From the NCBI GenBank assembly GCA_964057225.1, contig OZ059896.1, forward strand, positions 8,494,001-8,558,000: a DNA stretch of 64,000 nucleotides, given 5' to 3'. The DNA is from Auanema rhodensis (taxonomy: Eukaryota; Animalia; Nematoda). Of this stretch, positions 55,284 through 64,000 are shown one piece after another. The number at the start of each line of letters is the position of its first letter. Position 1 is the stretch's first letter. The notes under the pieces were generated by a model that saw only the letters and a list, made by a program, of their open reading frames with translations, searched no databases and had not been told where the DNA came from. A program made the translations under genes and the position numbers.

Positions 55284-56720
55284 ATGAGTCGTAGATTGAC
55301 TCAGGATTATTATGATGCAGACACTAACGCTTTATTAGAGCAATGTATGAATATTAAAAGTCGAGCTCCAGTGGGAAAGGTAAATAGCCAAATTCTAGAG
55401 TGGTTTTTCAGTATTGTTTAGAAGATAATATGCGAAGAACAGCGAAGAATGGAATATTTGGGAGAATATGTTCCTTTGGATTCAGAGAGCTCACATGAAT
55501 CTGTAGATATGAGCACTTCAACTGTATCAACTAATCCATTTAGCTCTCCTATGGTATGCTTGATCTATTAAGTTTGAAACGTTTTCTAATTTAGACAATT
55601 GGTTGTCATAACAATTTACATACTGTTGACAAATCTAATAGAAATTCCATGAGCATGCTCGAAAGACAGGCACTATATTTTCAGGTGAAATTTTAAATAA
55701 TTTATGTTCGAAAAAATAATATTTCATCCAGGACGAAGCTGCTCTCAATCATTTTGATATTTTTAAAGATCAGCCGCCTACTTTTAGAGTTATTAGTGGA
55801 ACATACTCTCCAATTAAAATCGATAATGAAATAGAACCTGCCAAAAACGATGTTGAGGTTTACCTTTACTCTATATATTGATGAATATTATATTAGCAGA
55901 ATCAGTCGCCTGTATATAAAGATATATCTTCTGATGACCAAGTATGCAAAATTTAATCTCAAAGAAGTTTTATACAAACAAAATATATTCAGAAAGAATT
56001 TGTTTCCAATGAAACACTCTCTCCTATTAAAGAAGAGGAAACTATATCAGACACTAATAGCTATGATCTTGTTCGGTTATTTTCTTTTTTTTTATTTATT
56101 AAAACGATTGCAGGAGATCCCTCGAATTTCGGCATTTAATAAAGGAATAACTCCACGGTCTTATGAACGATCACAAAATATGAGTGATTGTGAGTCGGAA
56201 AGTAGCAAGAAAGTAAGTTCTAATAAACCTAGACACATAAGTAAATGCTATATTTTTCCTAGGTGAGATTCTTAGGATCCGTTTTACAATACACTATCTC
56301 GCCAAATAACAGTGATGTATCATGTAGCAATGAGTTTGATAGCTTTTCCGATATGACGGAAAAACCGAATCGAAACGATGACAAAAAGAATGTGTTTAGC
56401 ACATTGAAGCGAAAAAGAATTACTACTGCTGTTTATATAAAACCTCGTGAATTAGGTAAAAGTGTACGATTAATGCGTTTCATCTTATAATTCCAGTTGT
56501 ACCTTCTAAATCTAAAAAATTACGGCGCTCAAGTAGAGTCAAAGTACTACCAATTCGTTGTTGGTTGAGCGAAAGAGCAATTTATGAAACAGCTTCAGAT
56601 GGTCATAATGTCTGATGGTAAAATATTAAAATCTTATTTTTAGGACTACAATCATTGGTAGATGTTATTCCTGCAGTATTAGAAGATAAAATGCTTCTGA
56701 AGCACGCATCAAGATATTAA
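55284..56720 (+). CDS. hcp-4: CENP-C/HCP-4-like centromere protein, copy B (tandem paralogue)
   Basis: Starts MSRRLTQDYYD and ends KKLRRSSRVKVLPIRCWLSERAIYETASDGLQSLVDVIPAVLEDKMLLKHASRY*. Shares an N-terminal YF(E/Q)|DE.A...FDIF.D..P.F block and intron positions with copy A. Confidence 0.65.
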
Positions 56721-56802
56721 TGTTTTTTCCTAACTTGTTTTCTTCGGTTAAATTATGTAATAAAACAAATAGTTTTTACAAACAGTTTTATATTGTACAT
56801 AT

Positions 56803-58448
56803 TTAAAAACCATATTTCTGCCGAGTCATTCTCTTCATCTGCTTAGTCTCAGCCCATTGTTCTTGCAATGCTTCCTCTCTATCAACAGCCTAAAAGATGA
56901 ATGATAACCACAAATACTTTTTAAAACAATTACCAAATTAGCAAGGTATGTAATTTGATTTCTTTTTCTTGCATTAGGATCAACTGGTCCTTTGTTTTTG
57001 GGCAACGGCGCCATAGTATCTTTAACAATTGCTTTTTTGGTAATACTTTTTAATAAGTTTTGCTTCACGTTTGGACCCAGAGCCTAAATTAGATCGTATA
57101 CACTGTACAAAGCAAAGACATACGTCATCCACTCGAACTTCTAACAGATTAGATGCAATGTCTGTTAAACTTCTACGCTCCATGAACTGAATTGTCTCAT
57201 CCCTTGCAAGTAGTTTAACTGCTTGCTAAAAAATGTCCTGCATCTAGCTATTGCGTAAAAAACTAACCTCATTAGAAATAACCCGCGAAGGACCAGACTC
57301 CTCAAATTCAGGATACATTTCTTCAGTGGACACCGTATCCTAAAGATGTTAAAATATTCAAGCTAAACAAACTTCAAAATACTTGAGTAGTAGGTCGAGA
57401 AGGACCGATATTACTGGACAAGCCACTAGATCCCATCATAGGAACAGAGTCATCAATTTTCGCCAATTTAGCCTACAACAATAGATACTTCCTTTTTCAG
57501 CAATGATTTACCTCGGGTTGTGTGGATAAACCAAAGAAATCAAATGAGCCGTCGTTGTCGTCATCGTCATCATCAGAATCATTCATTTCTATCTTTCTCT
57601 TTTGGAAGGGTTCAGATTGCTAAAGTAAATATCAAACTTTCATATGTTTTCAAGTAGTTACAGTCATAGGCTGTTTCGATCTCATTGACGATGGAATAAG
57701 AGATGTTGTAGAAGAAGAAGTAATTGACCCCGAGGTAGTTTTTTGATTAACTTTAGGTTTGGGCAACATGGATAATAATCCGGAAAATCGGGGGGCATTA
57801 GTTTCAACAGTCTTAGATTTAGCCTGAAATATATAACTAGTACTATAAAAAAAACATAATTATACTATTACCTTTTCATCGTTGTCACTGTCACTGTCTT
57901 CAATGGCTTTTAATGCTCCAAATGCTAATATTTTTGTTTTTTCTACAAACAACACGGTAAAGCGATAACAAACAAAATACAACCTCGTTTTTTTGTATCA
58001 GACTTCTCTGAAATATTTTTATCCTCTTTATCCTTTTTTTTCTTTTTATCCTTTTTAGCCTGAAATTCATATATATATATACATTGTTTCAATAGTTGAA
58101 ATTTCACCTTTTTTGAATTTTTTTTGAACTCCTTCTTAGCTTGCTTAGCTAATTTTTTTTCCCAATCCTTCGGTTTTACAATATCTTCCAGAGCATCTTC
58201 ATTAGTATCAAGTACAACAGTTTGTTTATGAGCTAAATAGCCTAAATGTATATCAAACAAATTTATAATATATTAGCGTACTGGAAGTTCCTCCCCCGAA
58301 AAAATCATCAGGCAATTTTTCTTCCACTGCTTGATCTATCTAAAATAAAGTTAGCATGAAATGAAAACAAGAAAATGTATACTGGTTTTGAAGAACTACC
58401 ATCATCACTATCAGAATCAGATCCATAATCAACCAGTGGGAACGACAT
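56803..58448 (-). CDS. prcc-1: PRCC (proline-rich mitotic checkpoint control factor) homologue
   Basis: N-terminus MSFPLVDYGSDSD; C-terminal PRCC domain ARKRNQITYLANLAVDREEALQEQWAETKQMKRMTRQKYGF*. Confidence 0.88.
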
Positions 58449-58709
58449 CTCTTAGAATCTACTACGAATATAATCCTCACCAGCAGTCCAATTTTATACG
58501 CAAAGTGGCGTATGACTAAAAAGCCATAGCAAAAGAATATAAATAGCAAGTTTATATAATTTATGTAACATTCCATTTATTTTATTCGTGATTATTTATG
58601 TTTATCATAATTAAGCCTAGCTATTGATTTCATTGTTTTATTGAGTTATACAATTTTTACATATATATATATATATAAATATATATACTAACAGCTCCAT
58701 CCTCAGGTT

Positions 58710-59836
58710 ATGCTTCACGCATTGATCTTATTTGCCACTTTGGCTCATTGCTCGGGAGGGCTTCTAGATCTCTTCATGGATACTGGCACTGTATCCCCAG
58801 AACCCCAATCGTGCTGTATGGCCTTACCAGAAAAAGATAGATTCAGGTAATAACTGTTATTGTGTCTTTACAATTTGCTTTTAGTCTTTTCACAGGGAAA
58901 CTGTGTCCAATTTTCTATGATGAGCTTTCCATAGACCCGATTCTTTACGATCCATATGATGAAATTAAGTATAGATGCCAGAATGGATGTAAGTTTAAGT
59001 TTTTTCAATATAGAACTACCTCCTCTTGATGAACAGAAGAATATTTATATATACTTATATATTGTTTTGCAGTTTCCTCGTCCGAACTTCTTGATAGAGT
59101 TGAGTTTGTAAATACAACAGAATTAATGAATATGATTCAACATCGCGACGAATACAAGCGTAATTGGTGTATGCTAAGGTATTTTCAAAATTGGTAATCC
59201 TTTTTATCTACCAAGTTATACTGCAGCATGTTTTTCGCACATAATTGTCCTTTTTCGACAAGAATTGCACCTTATTTTAATGCTGTTCCGGAAAATTTTC
59301 ATTCTATTAAAGCAGTAGCTGTGAATATAACGTATTTTAGCAGGTTTATTTTAAAATTCTTTCTAATTTTATAACTATTTCATACATATTTTATAGGTTG
59401 ATTTCTCGTTATGGTATTTCTGGAACACCAACGATTCTTTTGTGGGTGAATGGTGTTGCTGTAGCTAGAATGGATGGGAAGCTTGAATACAGTGATGCTA
59501 TAACGGTATCTATCTTTATACAATAGTAATTTATTTAGTTGAATAGGAACTTTTGGAATCTTGGACAGATTTAAAATCCAAAAAAAATACAAAAACTAAG
59601 GAGGATCCGGTTGTTGTGCAGATGAACGGAGATGATGATTCGTTGCATCTTACTGCTGCCCTTATTTCGTTTGTGTCTGGTTAGTCGGTGTACAATGCTT
59701 TATTTTTCTAGTGTATATGTGTTTAGGACTTCTGTATATTTTGAGGAACAAATTTTTAGACAGCCATTATGTGCGTCATGTTATATCTAAGTTTGGAGGA
59801 AATTGCGACACAATCAAGCATTTTTTGAACGGTTAA
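58710..59836 (+). CDS. TXNDC15-like type I membrane thioredoxin-fold protein
   Basis: Signal peptide, thioredoxin fold with a CxxS site (MFFAHNCPFSTRIAPYFNAVP...RYGISGTPTILLW) and a C-terminal TM segment. Confidence 0.8.
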
Positions 59837-60562
59837 AACCAGTAGGAAAGGATTTGTGGTCTTATCAGATGCATGCGAGCTGTTCGCTCGCATCGGGTAG
59901 TAAAAGTTTAGCCAATAATCGATGGCGATCTCATATGTGTGTGTTTGTTTGTTGATTCATGTGAGCTCCTCAGCTACACATTTCGCTCTCTCTGGTTTCA
60001 CTGACATTTTTTTCCCGTCTTATAGTTGTAAATTAGAACTGCAAAAAACATTTTTGTTCATAGTCAATTAAAAATTAAATAGCTTCAAAACTTGAAAATG
60101 TTTCTCTCGCTCAAGTAGCGAACTAGTTTTATGTCATTTTCTGATGTCACCTGTTCAACTGTGATTGCCAATAGCCATTTTGTAAAAAAGCTAGGAATGT
60201 TTTTATCTCATCTCTTATAAAACTTTTTTATTATTATTTCCATGGTACCATGTACAAACAATCTGAAATGATTGTTGTTTATAACTCCCTTTTTTTGTCC
60301 TTGCAGTGCGCACCAACCTATCCGGTTACTGAAAGTGACTAATTCGTATTCATTCTATTTTTATTGATCATATATCATGCTAGTGTTATTTTGATTCAGT
60401 ACGGTGTATTAAACTTTTTTAATTTCACGTGCTTAATGTTTGCTTATCTTGCTCAAAAGAACCGTTCAAAATCAACGATAAGAAGACTAACTAAATTTCC
60501 TCCGTAATGTTTCTTATTTGTCTCTATTTCCTCAGTTGCAGTTGTGTTTCTGTCTTGAAATC

Positions 60563-61253
60563 ATGATAGTTACTGAAGACGAATATTCGAATTATCCCGC
60601 TTCATATACTCATGTGACACCAGTAATTCAATTGCTGAATGACGGGAATGTGAACACTGGTAGGTTTCATCTTTTATTGTAAACTTGAATAAATTTTTTA
60701 ATTAATATTAAATTGTTTGTGAATTTTGTACTACTTGTCTGATCATAATGCTTAATTTTACATGCCTCGAAAGATTAAAATCTCAAAATGGGCTGACTTT
60801 AGTGCAGAAACCTTGCATCTCACAAATGTAAATCGATGGCACTGTTTTTCCTAGCGAGTATTGATTTATTTATGTGTGATTGAAATTTACACTTTAAAAT
60901 ATAATATCTCATATATTATGTTACTTTAGAAAAACTGTGATTATTCATTCGCTACTGCTTCTAATGAAAAGTGTGTAATATCATTTTAGATTATTATTAG
61001 ACGATTTTCCTCTGTGAACTCGTAAATAAAATTTCATCAAATAGATGGACCTAAAAATAAATTAAATATCATAAGTAATTGTTTCGAATAATTCATACAA
61101 TTATTGTTTCAGATGGATCATATGCCAATCCTTTGGCTCCTCAGTCCAACTCTAGATCTTGTGATGATGACCTGAATAATGAGGGAAATAACTCTAATGT
61201 TTCCAATCAGCTGGCAGCAAGGGCAACTGAAAATTGTGAAAATGAAATAACAG
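60563..61253 (+). CDS. First two exons of an unidentified gene that continues beyond the window
   Basis: MIVTEDEYSNYP...NVNT|DGSYANPLAPQSN...NEITG; phase-compatible GT/AG sites at ~60660, ~61112 and 61254. No recognisable domain. Confidence 0.45.
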
Positions 61254-61599
61254 GTACGTTTGAAGATGTTTTGATCAATTTTTGAAACTTTGTTCTACCT
61301 AATATATAGTAATGAAATCTCATTATTAATAATTACCCTTCAACTTGAATTGATACTATTATCTTATCATAAAAACTTACTTGAGTCTCGTTTAACTTTC
61401 CTTGAATTCTCGGATGAAAAATGATACTAGGTATCGGAATGTTATCATACAAGTAATTTGAATTTCAAACTAAAGGGAAGGAAAATTTACTGATTGACTT
61501 CTGCAACCTGAAATCTATATATTATGATTAAAGCTTGATCTTTTTTACGTACATAACGTCACAATGACACAAAACTTGTCTTCATTTTCATCAGTTCTG

Positions 61600-62500
61600 C
61601 TTGCATGGTCTTTTTCTCTCGTAATCTTCTTTCTCGCCGATCATGCTAGCTTTCAGAGTGGCCAGCCTAGTTTTATTGCCTAATCTTCAAGATTTCTTAT
61701 TCAAAGCTTTTATTATAATCGTCAAGATATTTTACTTTCCTTTTTCTCGTATTGCTTTGTTTTTTCAGTTTAAGATGTGAAATGTTTTCACAATATTCGC
61801 GGATTACATATTTTTCGGATTAAAATAGGTTAGCGGCGGAATTTAAAAAAAAAAAAAAGGAATTTTGTCGCTTGCTTGATGTTTTGAGCACAACTCATTT
61901 TGTCTTGCAGAATCACATCTTTCTTTAAACCTTTTGTGTGTATTCGTAATCAAAAACTTTCACAAATTCCACAGAGCATAATGTTGTATAGCCACGACAG
62001 ATTCTACTAGCACAAGAATTTGATCATATGAGCCTGTCTTAACTGGACAGCTTAACCTGCATTTTAAAAAATGTATTAAATATCTTATTTGACACCTATT
62101 TGTCTATCATAGCACTTTTCTACATCATTCCAAATGTATTACTACTTTGTATATTCTCTAGGGTTGTGGAATTTCCTCTCCTCCTCTGTGTCTATTTCTA
62201 TGCACTGCCCCTTCCAGCTCACTTCAGTCATTTCCTTCGTCCATAGACTCTGAAGAGACAACCATCCTCTGCTGCAGAAGACTGCATCAGCGGCCCTGAG
62301 GTCCGTCCGTCGTCTTCTGCTTCGCCTCTGCTTGCCTGGCGTCTGCCATCGATTGTAGACTCTCCCCTTCTTCTCTATTCGCTTCTCCTTTACTGTGGTA
62401 CCAGAGCATCACTAAAGTATTAGTTTTATTGAACATTTTATCTATTTCAAACGTTTGCTTCAATTGTAGCTTGTATGCCTTCAAACCCTTTTAAATATCC
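61600..62500 (-). mobile_element. Possible highly decayed piggyBac-like transposase remnant
   Basis: GC-richer patch with an interrupted basic-then-acidic N-terminus (MADARQAEAK...SSESMDEGND*SELEG...DTEEEE) and a frameshifted IKF.VLVES..GY..YNIML.G segment like the piggyBac 'GIK..VL.D...GY.YN' block. Many stops; TIRs not confirmed. Confidence 0.25.
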
Positions 62501-64000
62501 AAATTTTTATGACGCTTACTATTCAGTAATAAAGTTGTTGTGTATATTTTTCTCTGAACAGGCTTCCTGTCTCTCTATTTTCTTCAAATTACCAACCAAC
62601 CATCTAAATTCTTAATCTGAAGTAGTAGCCGATCAATTTTTGGAAGCATATTTGAGAATCCATAGTATGCGATGGATTATAACAAAATGACCTCACCGTA
62701 TTAGCCAAAGAAATGAGATGCTCGTCATTCATTTCAATTTGATAGCTTGCAGTTTTGTAACCTTTGACCTTAATATCTGAATCAATTATTTAATATATCG
62801 GCTAGGTAATTTTTTTGCTGCTTCCTAGCAGCAGATGTGTCTAATGAAGCGGATAAAGTGGTTTTTACTACTGAATACTGCATAGGTTAATCATCGTGGA
62901 TTATTATTAGCGTATTAGGCTCACCTACTATGAGTCATGTGAGTAGCAATTTAACCCACTTCAATAGGATGTTTAGAGGCGGCTGTCCTCACGATTTTTG
63001 TTAAATTCAATGTTTAACATGAACTTCCTTATGACGTGCCAGCTTGTCTTTTTCATGTTTTCTTATGAAATTGTGATGTAAATGGTGCTCAAAAGAATAA
63101 AAAGCTTTAAGATTACACCATCTATCATTCTATCTCAAGCGCTTATCCTTCTACTATACAGCCAAAATATTATATATGCGCATTAAATGACTTAACAGCC
63201 AATTCTCATAGCATAGTCACTCATGAAGCCGTATTGATGCCCATCTCGAATAACTAATTTCTATTTGTGAACTATACTTTATACTTTTCTGATGTTTTGT
63301 TCATGAAAAAGGAACAGGAAATTATTAGAAAAGATTGTTTCCTCTCTTCTCATAAGAAAAATTTATTTCATATGTTCTAAACTTATCGACTGCTGCTTTT
63401 ATTATATATAGTTATTCTTAGGAATAGAATTTAAGCCAATCATTGTCAGAATATTAATGGATTATATGTATATAGATAAACTATTTTTGTTTTATTGATT
63501 ATGCATACTCATCATCTATTTATAGTTTTTTTTTAAATATCTACCAAAAATAATTCCAATTGAATTTTGGCCAATTTGAAGTTAACAACGATTTTCAACT
63601 ATATCATTCTGTGAAAATGTTTTATTTTATTTTTAATCAGTATGCATTCGCTATTGAGCTGACAAAAACATGCCATTTGAATGTTTTGATTATTGGTAAT
63701 GTTATAAAGTTTTGATAGAAAAAGTCATTTGAAATACTTTATTCAAAGTTCAATGCAGTTTCCTATTAAAATCTGTTCGATAAACTTCATCATTGTATGT
63801 GAAATAGTCTGCATTGAACTAAAAAATATATGAAAAAATCTGCTTTCACTGAGTTTTATGTATTAAGTGTTAGTTCATGTACAACGATCTGCTGCTCTCC
63901 TATCAGATTTCTGTCATCATATAGACTATTTTTCATTTCTTTTCAAACTTTTTTTCTTTCAAATAAGTTTTTTGATAGTATATTCGTTGTGTGTTGAATC

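Noticed and set aside
1-64000. tRNA, rRNA, CRISPR arrays, prokaryotic or viral inserts
   Set aside because: None seen. All recognisable genes have spliceosomal introns, including the toxin-like lin-24, so there is no sign of recent horizontal transfer or contamination.

Overview
Eukaryotic genomic DNA, almost certainly from a nematode and probably a clade V rhabditid (AT-rich, ~45-55 nt GT..(T)TTCAG/TTTAG introns, cuticle collagens, Srh/Srsx chemoreceptors). I spliced about 21 protein-coding genes by eye. In order: a 5'-truncated IPT+ankyrin+death-domain IkB/p105-like gene; a MOSC/mARC enzyme; a 2xLDLa secreted protein whose intron 2 contains an entire antisense EAT-2-like nAChR subunit gene; a convergent pair of cuticle collagens; a LIN-24 aerolysin/ETX-like protein; a tyrosine phosphatase; CCDC51; an Srsx GPCR; a small six-Cys secreted protein; an SLC17/MFS transporter; an Srh GPCR; an SLC35A nucleotide-sugar transporter; an SPE-45-like Ig protein; NRFL-1/NHERF; WEE-1.3/Myt1; CLH-6; a tandem pair of short CENP-C/HCP-4-motif genes; PRCC; TXNDC15; and the 5' exons of an unidentified gene whose intron holds a possible decayed piggyBac. 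The strongest leads are the NF-kB p105-like architecture in a phylum regarded as lacking NF-kB, the nested nAChR/LDLa locus, the duplicated CENP-C-like genes, and a candidate membrane-anchored NHERF isoform. Exon boundaries are manual, and all homology calls rest on motifs recalled from memory, not on database searches.
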